DNA of 64,000 nucleotides from Nitrospirales bacterium (GCA_963555755.3 OY820905.2:96001-160000); one strand, 5' to 3'; numbered from the stretch's first letter, positions 19,217-30,521 are shown. Program-made: numbers and translations. Notes: generated by a model from the sequence alone, not told the origin.

Positions 19217-19306
19217 ATGGGAGGTCTGGAATATTTTGGATTGCTTATCCTTGTTGTGGGCGTTATTGGCCTTGTGGTGTTAATGAAGGGTAAGCGACCG
19301 AAGTAA
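19217..19306 (+). CDS. 29-aa single-pass membrane peptide
   Basis: RBS gaggtg; MGGLEYFGLLILVVGVIGLVVLMKGKRPK. Confidence 0.55.
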   Translation: MGGLEYFGLLILVVGVIGLVVLMKGKRPK

Positions 19307-19339
19307 GGGGTCCAGTGATGGATATGCATATTTTTGCAT

Positions 19340-19440
19340 ATGCGAAGGACCTTAAATATTGAAAACCACCTGTATTGGAAAGCTACGCGCCTCACGGGCA
19401 TTCGTGAAAAGACTATCTTGGTGAAGGCGAGTTTGGAACA
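19340..19440 (+). pseudogene. Degenerate VapB-type antitoxin fragment
   Basis: MRRTLNIENHLYWKATRLTGIREKTILVKASLE resembles MRTTLNID...A.RLTGI.EKT.LV antitoxins; no toxin gene follows. Confidence 0.6.
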
Positions 19441-19761
19441 TCGTTACTTCAGCACAGCTGCGAGAAAGCGCTCAATGGCAAACGTTGAAATTTGGCCGCA
19501 CGGTCCGTTGATATTGGCATCGCATCCATGTGTTGCCCAAGGAAAGCGCAGGTATACATGAGGTACGCCTCGTTGACTGAGATGGCGGCTTAGGCGGTCG
19601 CATTGAGCCGGAGACACTCATTCATCTCGTTCTCCATGAATCAGTAACGTCGGAGGGCTCGTTGGCCTGACAAATTGAATGGGGGAAACCCCCTTGTATG
19701 ATCCAAAAAAGGGTCAAACCTATTTATTAATTAATTGATTGATTTCCTCTATACTCTCTCC

Positions 19762-20736
19762 ATGCCGAGGCCGACCCGCATTCAATACGCCGATGTCGTG
19801 TATCATGTCATGAACCGTGGAAGGGGGCGTCAGAGTATCTTTCATGGTGAGGCATACTTTCAGGCTTTTCTGACTACCCTCGAAGAGTCTCATCGTCGAT
19901 TTGATGCGGTGATTCATGCCTATTGTTTACTGTCGAACCACTACCATCTGCTCATTGAAACCCCGCGAGCAAATCTTGGACGGATCATGCGGCACGTGAA
20001 TGGGGTCTACACCCAGCGGTACAACCGGCTCACACACACGGACGGTCCCTTGTTCCGTGGCCGGTATAAAGCGATTGTTGTTCATGACGAAGCCTACTTG
20101 TTGCAAGTCAGTCGATATATTCATCTCAGCCCTGTTGAAGTGAAAGGGGCGTCGAGCCAGGGATTGGAGAGCTACCGGTGGTCCAGTTATCTTGCCTACA
20201 TCAATCGCACAAAGGCTGAGCGTTGGTTGGAACGTGATACCACCTATCAGATGCTAGGGCATCGACAACAATACGCTGGCTACAAAGCGTACGTTGAGCA
20301 AGGGGTTGATGATGAGTTGAGGGCCAAGTACGGGAAGGAGTATCTTCCCTGCGTGCTAGGTGATCACGTGTTTAAATCAATGCTGGCGAAGAAGCACAAA
20401 CAACTTCACGTATCCGGCAACCTCGTCAAGGGGTTGTCGAATCGTCCTGTCGTCAGGGAAATTCTCCAGGCCGTGGCGAACCGATTACATGTGAGGGTTG
20501 CCTCCTTAATGGGACGGCAATCTGGGCGCCCGTCATCCAACATGCCGAGAAAATTTGCAATGTATTGCTGTCAGCAATTGGGGGATGTGCCGTTACAAGA
20601 AATTGCTCGCGTGTTTGGGCTAACCCATGTAGGCAGTGTCTCCCCGTCGGTACAGGCTATAAAATCCTAATTGGAGGCAGGATACCTTCGAGCTGAGTTG
20701 AATAAGGTGAGAAAAGATTTAGGTGTTATGAAATAG
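19762..20736 (+). mobile_element. Y1 HUH transposase (RAYT/TnpA-REP-like) with C-terminal HTH; probable premature stop at 20668
   Basis: YHVMNRG, AYCLLSNHYHLL, GPLFRGRY, YIHLSP, YRWSSY; frame stays open for 21 more codons to TAG 20736. Confidence 0.88.
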
Positions 20737-20947
20737 GCTTGCCCGCTTATTGTTGTGTGGGACATCTTATTCTTTATTTTTAGCCTACCCCCCTTTCCTT
20801 TGCCGCATCTTTTTCAAGAGTTTTTTTCATTTCACTGTCCTAGTTGATGAAAATTTAGGAATTGGGGCATTGGGGATAACGAATTCTGATTAAAAAAAGG
20901 TGGAGTCTCCTTTTTAACAAATTTCGTACGAAAGGTCCTGTCCCGGG

Positions 20948-22717
20948 TTATTGGTCCTTGACGACTCCCACCGGAACACGAATATTTGAAACCATATTAA
21001 TGATGTGATCAGGGGGGGCTTTTGTGAATGTGGCAACTGCAATGGCGACAGTAAAATTGACAATCATGCCGATGAACCCAATGCCCTCAGGGGAAATGCC
21101 CAAGAGCCAATTGTCAGGGATATTCGCGGATGGCTGCATCAGTTTGAAATACACAATATAGCTAAATGTGAAGATCATGCCGGTGAGCATTCCGGCAATG
21201 GCCCCTTCACGGTTCATGGATTTCATGAAAATTCCTAAAAACAGAGCCGGGAATATGGAGGCTGCTGCCAGGCCAAACGCAAACGCTACCACCTGCGCCA
21301 CAAAGGCGGGCGGGTAAATCCCAAAAAATCCGGCAACAATCACGGCGAATGCGGCTGCCAGTCTGGCGCTGAGCAGTTCCTGTTTTTCCGTTAAGGTCGT
21401 CATAAACGTTTTTTTCAACAGGTCATGCGAAATAGAAGTTGAGATCACTAATAAGAGCCCGGCAGCGGTTGAAAGCGCTGCCGCCAGACCACCGGCAGCA
21501 ACCAGCGCAATGACCCAACCCGGGAGATTGGAAATTTCCGGGTTGGCTAGTACCATGATGTCACGGTCCACATACACCTCGTTTGCGTTAGATGTCGGTG
21601 CGTTGTGGAGTGTGCGTTCGCCATAGTTCCCTCGACCTTCGGCATAGTGGGGCTTACCTCCTTCCAGCGCATCTCCTTTGTGATATTGCACAGCGCCATC
21701 GCCATTTTTGTCTATCCAGGCAATCAGCCCGATATTCTCCCAGTTTTTAAACCAGGAAGGGGTGCTCTGATACGGGGTGTTGTGTATGGTATCGACAAAG
21801 TTTAGCCTGGCGAATGCTGAGACCGCCGGTGCGGTGGTGTACAAAATGGCAATGAAGACCAATGCCCATCCGGCGGAACGTCTGGCATCAGAGACTTTGG
21901 GCACGGTAAAGAAGCGGACAATGACATGGGGGAGGCCAGCGGTCCCAATCATCAGAGCCGCGGTGATGGCAAAGATATCCAAGGTGGATTTGCTGCCAAC
22001 CGTATATTCATGAAACCCCAGATCAACGAGAACGCGATCCAGTTTTGCCAACACGGATAGCCCTGATCCATCGGTCAAGGTGGAACCGAGTCCTAATTGC
22101 GGGATGGGGTTGCCGGTCAGCAAAATGGAAATGAAAATGGCTGGGACTAGATACGCAAAGATGAGCACACAATATTGGGCAACCTGGGTGTAGGTAATGC
22201 CTTTCATCCCGCCAAGTACGGCATAGAAAAACACAATGGTCATGCCCACAAAGACACCAGTGTTGATGTCCACTTCCAGAAAGCGGGAGAAGACAATGCC
22301 TACACCCCGCATTTGTCCTGCCACATACGTAAAGGACACAATTAACAAACACAGGACCACGACGATCCTGGCCCACCGAGAGTAATACCGTTCCCCGACA
22401 AAATCAGGAACGGTAAACTGACCAAATTTCCGTAAATAGGGTGCCAGGAGGAAGGCGAGTAGCACGTACCCCCCGGTCCAGCCCATCAGGTACACCGAGC
22501 CATCATAGCCTATAAACGCGATGATGCCGGCCATCGAGATAAACGAGGCGGCACTCATCCAGTCAGCAGCGGTTGCCATTCCATTTAAGATGGGGGGCAC
22601 ATGGCCTCCCGCCACATAAAACTCTTTTGTCGATGTGGCCCGGGACCAGATCGCAATTCCGATATAGAGTCCAAAGCTCAGCCCCACAAAGAGGTAGGTT
22701 ATCATTTGGGTGCTCAT
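20948..22717 (-). CDS. Sodium:solute symporter (ActP-like)
   Basis: NGMATAADWMSAASF, GTAGLPH; many TM helices. Confidence 0.95.
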   Translation of the reverse strand: MSTQMITYLFVGLSFGLYIGIAIWSRATSTKEFYVAGGHVPPILNGMATAADWMSAASFISMAGIIAFIGYDGSVYLMGWTGGYVLLAFLLAPYLRKFGQFTVPDFVGERYYSRWARIVVVLCLLIVSFTYVAGQMRGVGIVFSRFLEVDINTGVFVGMTIVFFYAVLGGMKGITYTQVAQYCVLIFAYLVPAIFISILLTGNPIPQLGLGSTLTDGSGLSVLAKLDRVLVDLGFHEYTVGSKSTLDIFAITAALMIGTAGLPHVIVRFFTVPKVSDARRSAGWALVFIAILYTTAPAVSAFARLNFVDTIHNTPYQSTPSWFKNWENIGLIAWIDKNGDGAVQYHKGDALEGGKPHYAEGRGNYGERTLHNAPTSNANEVYVDRDIMVLANPEISNLPGWVIALVAAGGLAAALSTAAGLLLVISTSISHDLLKKTFMTTLTEKQELLSARLAAAFAVIVAGFFGIYPPAFVAQVVAFAFGLAAASIFPALFLGIFMKSMNREGAIAGMLTGMIFTFSYIVYFKLMQPSANIPDNWLLGISPEGIGFIGMIVNFTVAIAVATFTKAPPDHIINMVSNIRVPVGVVKDQ

Positions 22718-23043
22718 GTGGGTGTCTCTCCCTCATCCTCATCAGGAAGGTCGTAGCTGTCGGGTTCAAAGTCGTCATCGATGTTGAAGGATTTTTCAAG
22801 CCGGTGCATTTTGTGGGAATAAATAAAAATGAGAATGACAAAAGCAAGGATTGAGCCCTGTTGGGCAAACCAGAAGCCGAGTTTAAATCCAAAAAAATGA
22901 AATTGGTTTAACACATCGACAAAGAAAATCCCGGCACCAAAAGACACAACAAACCAGACGGCCAGCAGTTTCACAAGAAGTGCAATATTGGCCCGCCAGT
23001 ATTTTTCGGCTACAATTTTTGAAATTGTCTGCTTGTTTGACAT
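22714..23043 (-). CDS. DUF4212 symporter small subunit
   Basis: YWRANI...GFKLGFWFAQQGSI; overlaps the symporter start. Confidence 0.9.
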   Translation of the reverse strand: MSNKQTISKIVAEKYWRANIALLVKLLAVWFVVSFGAGIFFVDVLNQFHFFGFKLGFWFAQQGSILAFVILIFIYSHKMHRLEKSFNIDDDFEPDSYDLPDEDEGETPT

Positions 23044-23772
23044 GTGTACCTTCCCTGGTGTGAGGGAGGGTAGGGTATTCTCACCTTAGGTTCAACCACA
23101 AAATCAAAAAGGGTCAGACTCGATTAAAAGGTGAATTTTTGAGATTTTCTGCCAGAAGGTCACGTTCATTTGATCCTGGCCCCAATGCAATGTATTTCTG
23201 GTTGCCGTGTTGCCCTCCCTGACCCACTGTCGGCCAATTTTACAGTATCCCTCATATCCTCAAGACCTGCATGAAATCTAGCGTTTCTTTGCTGGCCCAT
23301 AGAGATTGCCTTCGTTTTTCACCCAACCTGTCAAGATTTTTTGCGGAATGCGTAAACGACGTAAAGACTTATGAATCGAGGTGATTGTACGATTGGTCGC
23401 ATCATTGTGCGGAATAACGTCGGAATTCTTTACATTTTTAAAGATCGGTGACCTCTGTCGTTTGTCCTTCTGAGGTTCTACCAATTGGAAACTTTGTGGA
23501 GGATAAAAGAATTTATTAGTCGATCGTGACCATCTCTTTCCTTTTTTGATCCCGTCAAAAGATGGTACAGGGTTTGCGAACAAGTATATCAGGGACCATA
23601 GGGGTGGCCTTGTCTCACCTATCTCTTATTGATTTGAAAATTGTGTTGGTGATAGATCGGCGAATGGCTCTCCAGCGTTCTACAATAGATTCTTCTTTCT
23701 CGGACTCCCGATTTAGGGGTGCACAGGTAAATAGGATGCCTTGACCGTCGTACATGTTGGGGAGGATGAGCG

Positions 23773-24815
23773 ATGAACAATCAATTAGAAAAAACCAATC
23801 ATTTTAAGGTGGCACCACAATATAAAAATGAATGGTGGAAGAAACCTTTTGCTTTATGGGTAGGGGGTATCTTCGTCCTTTGCCTAATAATTGGTTTGAG
23901 CTTCTTAACGAACACGGTTATGGGTGGTTTAGATCACTCTCTCCATGAGGGTGCTTCTGACTTGACCCAAAAGCATTCTCTTGGAAAGAGCATGGAGGGG
24001 TTACCTTCCTCCAGCTATGGGAACCCTTCGACTCACCATTCTCATGAAGAACCAAACCATCACGATCATGTCATGAAGACTGTGACCCATGATGGAGGTG
24101 GGGAGGGGATTCAATATGATCTGAATATAAAAACTGGAGACTCAATTGCGGCCAAACCCGTGATACTTTTGCTGAAACCCATACGAGTGAATAACCCATA
24201 TGCTCCGGTCCCGTTGGCTGTGGTGCACGAGAAAAAATCCATCTGTTGATTGTCAGTAAAGACCTTTCCTACTTTGCACATGAAACTCCGGTGGAGAAGG
24301 AAGAGGGGTATTATGTCTTGAGTCATACCTTTCCAACGGGTGGAGAATATGTCCTTTTTGCCGACTATACCCCGATTGGGGGACACGAAAAAGTAAAGAG
24401 ACATCATATTATTGTGACTCCATATCATCCTCATGATGTGAAATCCCGTGCTGGTGCTGATGTCAAAACGCAAGACCTCATCTGGGAAGCGAATGGGTAT
24501 AGGGTTTCCTTAGCGACACAAAATGGCTCGGGCTCGTTTACAGCAAATACGCCAGTTGTGTTAAAGGCGAACGTGACTAAGAATGGCAAAGCCGTGAGGG
24601 ATTTGAGCCCTTTCCTTGGGGCGTTAGCGCATATGGCGATTTTTAGCAAAGATACAAAAGAATTTCTACACGTGCACCCTTTGGAGGTTATTGGTGGGGG
24701 GCCTAATATTCTGTTAGCCACCAATTTCACGAATCCAGGCTTATACAAAATTTGGATGGGTTTCAATCATCAAAACACGATCCAGACATCTGCCTTTGTG
24801 GTTCAGGCACACTAA
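23773..24815 (+). CDS. His-rich exported heavy-metal-binding protein, frameshift in an A-run near 24235
   Basis: One extra A gives HEKKIHLLIVSKDLSYFAHE; PFLGALAH...FLHVHP; His-rich linker. Confidence 0.75.
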
Positions 24816-24882
24816 ATTCACATGTGTGGCAACGGAAGGACCCACAACAGCGTAGGTACCCAGCACATCACACTATCGTTAA

Positions 24883-25047
24883 ACCTAGAAACGGCAGTTG
24901 GGCGCAAAAAAGCCGTGTAAGGTATTGGCGTACATGGTGAAATAAAAAAAGTCGAGGTCACCTCGGTGGTGATGAGACATTTTTTTATTTTGCCAGGTGC
25001 GTCAAGAACTTGCGCGGACTTTTGTGATCCAACTGCTGTTTCTAGGT
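24883..25047. mobile_element. MITE family C
   Basis: acctagaaacggcagttgg / ccaactgctgtttctaggt with TAA duplication. Confidence 0.85.
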
Positions 25048-25160
25048 TAAAGGCTTGTCCGTACTTTTGGAATGTCAGATCAAGTCGATCTGCAGGAGTT
25101 TGTGCGGGAATCGGAACAATAAATTTTCTTTCCAGTTTTCCCGTATTGTCGTGGAACGGA

Positions 25161-27008
25161 TTATTCCTTGGCGCTCGCGGCGCGGGTAATGGCGCGGTGT
25201 CGGCGGCGTTCGTTGTCGGTGAGATAGCGTTTGCGGAGGCGGATGTGTTTGGGGGTGACTTCGACGAGTTCATCATCTTCAATGAATTCTAAGGCAAATT
25301 CTAAGGTCATCTCGCGTGGGGGAGTAAGATGGATGGCTTCATCGGAACCTGCGGCTCGAATGTTGGTCTGCTTCTTTTCCCGAATGGCGTTGACTACCAG
25401 ATCTTGCCCTTTGTTGTTCACACCAAGGATCATGCCCTCATACATGGGATCGCCGGGATGAATGAAGATCTCTCCGCGATCTTGCAAGCCCCAAAGCGCA
25501 TAGGGCACCGCTCCACCCGGGCCTTGAGATATTTGGACACCCGCCGATCGTTGTGGCACTTCACCTTTAAAGGGTTGGTATTCCAGGAAGATCTGGGACA
25601 TGACACCAGTACCGCGTGTCATCATGAGTAACTCGCTTCGAAAGCCCAGCAACGCGCGTGAGGCAATATGAAATTCCATGCGAATGGTCCCCACGGCGCT
25701 CACTTGCATGTCCATCATTTCGGAGCGCCGCTTGCCTAATGCTTCGATGACTGCGCCTTGGTAGCCCGAATCGACTTCAATGACGACTTCTTCAATCGGC
25801 TCAAGCATATCACCATCGATTTCTTTAAAAATGACCTTAGGCGGCGAGACTTCTAGTTCAAAGCCTTCTCGACGCATGGTCTCAATCAAGATCGCCAAGT
25901 GCAATTCTCCACGGCCGGATACTTTAAACCGTTCGCCGCCATCCACTTCTTCCACCTTGATCCCAACATTCATCATTGCTTCATGTGCCAGACGTTCTCG
26001 AATGTGTCGTGAGGTGAGAAATCGTCCACCATCTTTTCCGGACAACGGGCTGGTGTTATGGGAGAAGTTCATCGAGATCGTGGGCTCGTCCACATTGACG
26101 GTTGGCAAGGCGACGGGGTGGCTTGGAGAAGCCAAAGTTTCACCCACTCGCACGTCTTGCACGCCAGCTAAGGAAATAATATCGCCGGCTTTGGCTGAGT
26201 CACAGTTTATTCGTGCGAGACCCTGGTAGGCGAGAATTTTTGTGACTTTGTTGCGGATGTGTTTGCCGTCACGCGTGATTAACATAACGGGGTCGCCTAC
26301 GCGTATCGATCCGTGGACGATGCGACCGACAGCAATGCGGCCAATGTACGAATCATATTCGAGGATCGTGACTAGCATTTGAAATGGTTTGTCCGAATCA
26401 GCCACGGGTGGAAGTACGCGATGAATAATGGTGTCCAGAAGAGGTTTCATATCTTGGTTGTTTTCATTCAAATCCATTGTGGTGCGACCTTGTTTTCCCG
26501 AGGCAAAGACAATCGGAAAGTCTAGTTGCTCGTCTGTGGCATTCAATTCGCAAAACAAGTCAAATGTTTGGTCGACGACCTCGTTCGGTCGGGCATTCGG
26601 TCGGTCAATTTTGTTGATCACGACAATGGGTTTGAGGTGGAGTTCGAGCGACTTTTTCAGGACGAACTTGGTTTGTGGCATGGGGCCTTCAAAGGCATCG
26701 ACTAAAAGAAGGACGCCATCCACTAATCTTAGGATGCGTTCAACCTCGCTGCCAAAGTCTGCATGGCCGGGGGTATCGACGAGATTAATCAGAATGTCTT
26801 TGTATCGCATGGACGCGTTTTTGGAAAAGATCGTGATGCCGCGTTCTTTTTCAAGAGGGTTGGAATCCATGATGACCGTTTCGCCCTCTTTAAACACATG
26901 TGCCCCGGTCTGCTTCAAGAGGGCATCCACAAGCGTGGTTTTTCCATGATCGACATGGGCGATGATGGCAATGTTCCGAACGTCTTTACGTCGTGTTTGA
27001 TTTGGCAT
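25161..27008 (-). CDS. typA: Translational GTPase TypA/BipA
   Basis: RNIAIIAHVDHGKTTLVD, DTPGHADF, NKID, GRGELHL. Confidence 0.97.
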   Translation of the reverse strand: MPNQTRRKDVRNIAIIAHVDHGKTTLVDALLKQTGAHVFKEGETVIMDSNPLEKERGITIFSKNASMRYKDILINLVDTPGHADFGSEVERILRLVDGVLLLVDAFEGPMPQTKFVLKKSLELHLKPIVVINKIDRPNARPNEVVDQTFDLFCELNATDEQLDFPIVFASGKQGRTTMDLNENNQDMKPLLDTIIHRVLPPVADSDKPFQMLVTILEYDSYIGRIAVGRIVHGSIRVGDPVMLITRDGKHIRNKVTKILAYQGLARINCDSAKAGDIISLAGVQDVRVGETLASPSHPVALPTVNVDEPTISMNFSHNTSPLSGKDGGRFLTSRHIRERLAHEAMMNVGIKVEEVDGGERFKVSGRGELHLAILIETMRREGFELEVSPPKVIFKEIDGDMLEPIEEVVIEVDSGYQGAVIEALGKRRSEMMDMQVSAVGTIRMEFHIASRALLGFRSELLMMTRGTGVMSQIFLEYQPFKGEVPQRSAGVQISQGPGGAVPYALWGLQDRGEIFIHPGDPMYEGMILGVNNKGQDLVVNAIREKKQTNIRAAGSDEAIHLTPPREMTLEFALEFIEDDELVEVTPKHIRLRKRYLTDNERRRHRAITRAASAKE

Positions 27009-27387
27009 ATTCGTGAGTCTCCGTGGTGCATGCGTTTGCCTATTGGCATGCACGGCAATTCCTCTGTGCGTAATCTGCTCTCGAAACTGAAAGGTGATGC
27101 TTCAGCAAAGATACCGACAGGAACTGCCGGAAGAAGGCGTGTTCCAAACGAGAGGCCAGTCGAATGTTCAAACTACTCTATAGACCTTCAGATTGCAACT
27201 GAGTTTCTCTCCAAAGAGATTGTGGTCATTTTGTGAAGAAGCTTGTCGAGAAATCGGCATGTTGCTTGGGAGGGGATATCTCGCTTTTCCAGGGTGTTCA
27301 GAAGGAATCATCATTAAATTGAGCCATGGGTGAGCGATGTCTGGGGGAAGGTGCTGAATGTCACGGATGAAGAGAATGCCAAGAATT

Positions 27388-27816
27388 TCAGTCCCCGCCT
27401 TCGAAGGCGTCTTCATCAAATTCTGGCATGAGTGCTTCCTGCTTGCCAAGGCCACCCCGAAACGATTCTTGAATATTCATGACTTGCTTGGCGGTCACCG
27501 ATCCCTCCAACGACTTTCCAAATTGGTTGAGGAATTGATTGCAGAGTTCCAGCCCTTTCTGAAAATGGCGCGGGATTGTTTCCTCGGTCACCTGTTGCCA
27601 CGTGATATAAATGAGAAACTCTTGAAATCCTTGAGCCTGGGGTAGCTGCTCGCCAATCTTTTGAAGTCGTTCATACGCCTGTTTCGCTTCAGGTCCTGCA
27701 TCCGAGGAAAAGGTTTCTTCGTCCTCAGCGATTTGGTCTGCCAATTCACCTAAATCATCGGCTTCTTGGGCTCGGTGAAATGCTTGTTGGGCCGCGATGG
27801 CAGGATCAAAGTTCAT
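27388..27816 (-). CDS. Conserved hypothetical acidic protein
   Basis: 142-aa ORF with RBS gagg. Confidence 0.75.
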   Translation of the reverse strand: MNFDPAIAAQQAFHRAQEADDLGELADQIAEDEETFSSDAGPEAKQAYERLQKIGEQLPQAQGFQEFLIYITWQQVTEETIPRHFQKGLELCNQFLNQFGKSLEGSVTAKQVMNIQESFRGGLGKQEALMPEFDEDAFEGGD

Positions 27817-27842
27817 GGTTCCTCGTGACTACTTAGGTTGTT

Positions 27843-27985
27843 AGGCTGAAGGCTGAAGAAGGCTGAAGGTTAAAGGCTGAAGGCTGAAGGCGGAAGGCGG
27901 AAGGTTTTTAGTCGAAGCCTTAATCCGAGCGTGAAGTTATGAGTGGTAGCCTTCAGCCTATAACCTTCAGCCTTCAGCCTTCAGG
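27843..27985. repeat. Inverted heptamer arrays (GCTGAAG)n / (CTTCAGC)n
   Basis: Direct inspection. Confidence 0.85.
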
Positions 27986-28056
27986 TCCTCACTGTACCAT
28001 CTTGCTCAATGCTTCTGCTATAGCCTATACACCATGTACGTAAAAGGAGGGGATTC

Positions 28057-29868
28057 GTGTCCGCGCTCATTCATTGTCAACAGATTTCCAAGGCCTTTGG
28101 TGTTAAACAACTATTTGCCAATCTTACCCTTGGCGTGGATGAGAAGGATCGTCTTGGGATTGTGGGTCCCAATGGGGCGGGCAAATCTACGCTTCTGAAG
28201 ATCATGGCTGGGTTGGAAAAAGTTGACGAAGGGGAGGTGACCCGCCGCCAGCATCTTCGAATAGCCTATGTTGCGCAAGAAGAAGAGTTCCCAGCTCAGT
28301 CAACGGTGGCTGAAGTGCTTGAACATGCTGGTGAGGCAGCAGGCTTGCCGCAGGACGAATGTCTGGCTCGTACTCAAGAGGTGTTAGGACGGACGGGGTT
28401 TGAGCATGGTGGAGTGATTGTCGGACCGCTATCTGGCGGGTGGAAAAAACGCCTGGCGATTGCCTGTGGGTGGGTGCAATCGCCGGATATGATGTTGTTG
28501 GATGAACCCACGAATCATCTTGATTTCGATGGGTTGGCGTGGCTTGAATCACTCATGGCCCAAAGCCCATGGCCCTGGGTCATGGTGAGCCACGATCGGT
28601 GGTTGTTGGATCACGCGACGAATACAATTGGCGAACTCAATAGTCGATACCCTGAAGGGATGCTCCTCATACAAGGATCATACCGTGAGTTCCTGGATCA
28701 GCGTGAGGCGTATCATGAGACCCAGGCACAGCAAGCCCAGGCCTTGGCGGGAAAAGTTCGACGAGAAGAAGAGTGGCTTCGGCGCGGACCCAAGGCGAGA
28801 ACCACCAAGGCGAAGTATCGTGTGAATATGGCGCATGCCTTGCAAAAGGAGCTGGCGGAAACCAAGGCTCGATTGCGGCAACAAGGTACCGCCATTGATT
28901 TTGTCGGCTCGGGGAGGAAAACCAAACGGTTGATTGCCGCGGAGCATCTTCACAAGGCTTTTGGTTCAATCACGCTCTTTCAAGATTTTGAGTTGATCCT
29001 GTCCCCTGGAATGGCCGTGGGCATTTTAGGGCGCAATGGGTCTGGCAAATCCACGCTTCTCAAGCTGTTGGCGAAGACAATCGAACCTGATCAAGGAACT
29101 GTTGGTCATGCCGATGCGTTGCACGTGGTGTATTTTGATCAGCATCGTGAACAACTCAATCCTCAAGACACGCTCCGAAAGACCTTATCGGATACCGGGC
29201 ATACCGTCACCTATCGAGATCGCACTATCCATCTCGCGGCATGGGCCAAACGTTTTCGCTTTCAGCCAGAGCAATTAGATTTGCCTGTGGAACTTCTCTC
29301 GGGAGGGGAAAAGGCCAAGGCGTTGATCGCTCGGCTAATGTTGCAACCTGCGGATGTCTTGATTGTCGATGAGCCAACCAATGATTTAGATATTCCGACG
29401 CGTGAAGTGTTGGAGGAAAGTTTGCTAGAATTTTCAGGCGCCCTGGTCTTAGTCACTCACGATCGGTATATGTTGACTCGCCTGTGCACGCAATTTGTGG
29501 GATTGGATGGATACGGGGCACATGGGACGTTCGCCGAATATCAGCAATGGGAAGCATGGCTTCGGCGACAGTTGAAACATCGAGAAGAACAGGAGGAACA
29601 CAATCGTTTATCGAATGTCCGATCAAAGGGATCCTCGACCAAAAAGCTGACGTATCGTGAGCAAAAAGAATACGATTCTTTCGAAGCCAACATTCTCCAC
29701 GCCGAGTCTGCCGTAGAACGGTGCCAAGCAACAGTTGCAGATCCGACCGTGGTCTCGGATCATATCCAGCTACAAGATGCGTATGAAGCCTTGCAGTTGG
29801 CTGAACGCCAAGTTGCGAAACTGTATGAACGGTGGAGTGAATTGGAAGCTAAACAGCAGAGTGGCTAA
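28057..29868 (+). CDS. ABC-F ATPase (Uup-like)
   Basis: Two Walker A / LSGG / DEPTN cassettes; WLRRGPKARTTK linker; C-terminal coiled coil. Confidence 0.93.
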   Translation: MSALIHCQQISKAFGVKQLFANLTLGVDEKDRLGIVGPNGAGKSTLLKIMAGLEKVDEGEVTRRQHLRIAYVAQEEEFPAQSTVAEVLEHAGEAAGLPQDECLARTQEVLGRTGFEHGGVIVGPLSGGWKKRLAIACGWVQSPDMMLLDEPTNHLDFDGLAWLESLMAQSPWPWVMVSHDRWLLDHATNTIGELNSRYPEGMLLIQGSYREFLDQREAYHETQAQQAQALAGKVRREEEWLRRGPKARTTKAKYRVNMAHALQKELAETKARLRQQGTAIDFVGSGRKTKRLIAAEHLHKAFGSITLFQDFELILSPGMAVGILGRNGSGKSTLLKLLAKTIEPDQGTVGHADALHVVYFDQHREQLNPQDTLRKTLSDTGHTVTYRDRTIHLAAWAKRFRFQPEQLDLPVELLSGGEKAKALIARLMLQPADVLIVDEPTNDLDIPTREVLEESLLEFSGALVLVTHDRYMLTRLCTQFVGLDGYGAHGTFAEYQQWEAWLRRQLKHREEQEEHNRLSNVRSKGSSTKKLTYREQKEYDSFEANILHAESAVERCQATVADPTVVSDHIQLQDAYEALQLAERQVAKLYERWSELEAKQQSG

Positions 29869-29972
29869 GGATACGTTGTTTCGTCTTTTAATCTTTTTGT
29901 TGGCAATTTGATGATTCCGCACTTGAAGTAAAAATAAATTTCAGATTGTTATCTGTGTGGTATAGTGCGTTC

Positions 29973-30521
29973 ATGAATCGATTCCCATTAGGTATTTTGC
30001 TTCTATGTCTTGCGCTCGGCTCAGGTTGCGCCGCCGGACCAAGCCCCATTCCGGAGGCGCTCCTTCCGCAAATAGACAAGAGCGTGTCATTTGCTCAACT
30101 CCTTGAAAACCCTGAGGCGTATGTGGGTACCGTCGTGGTGTTAGGTGGGCAGGTGCTTCAAGCCAAGCGGCTTGCAGATGCGACACGCATTGAGGTGTTG
30201 CAGCTACCGTTGGGAGATTCGGAAAGGCCGGTTTCCCAGCGCACGTCCTCTCAAGGACGATTTCTTGCCTTTGAAAAAACATTTCTTGATCCAGCCACCT
30301 TGTCAGACCAGCCTCAAGTCACCATTGTTGGCGAAGTGACGGGCCTCGCGACCGCCAGCCTCGATGAGACGGAATACCGCTATCCCACCATTGCCATCAA
30401 ACACATGCACGTCTGGGATACTCAAGCTCAGGACCAACAACAAGGTTTCGGAGTTGGTTTGGGTATTGGCGGTGGAGGTGGCGGTTTCGGCGGCGGTATT
30501 GGAATCGGCACCGGATTCTAA
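29973..30521 (+). CDS. Slp family outer-membrane lipoprotein
   Basis: Lipobox GSGC; VVLGG, IEVLQLPL, SQGRFLA, FLDPA, YRYP. Confidence 0.9.
   Translation: MNRFPLGILLLCLALGSGCAAGPSPIPEALLPQIDKSVSFAQLLENPEAYVGTVVVLGGQVLQAKRLADATRIEVLQLPLGDSERPVSQRTSSQGRFLAFEKTFLDPATLSDQPQVTIVGEVTGLATASLDETEYRYPTIAIKHMHVWDTQAQDQQQGFGVGLGIGGGGGGFGGGIGIGTGF

Noticed and set aside
23278..23583. 101-aa minus-strand ORF
   Set aside because: No recognisable motif or RBS; cannot be supported
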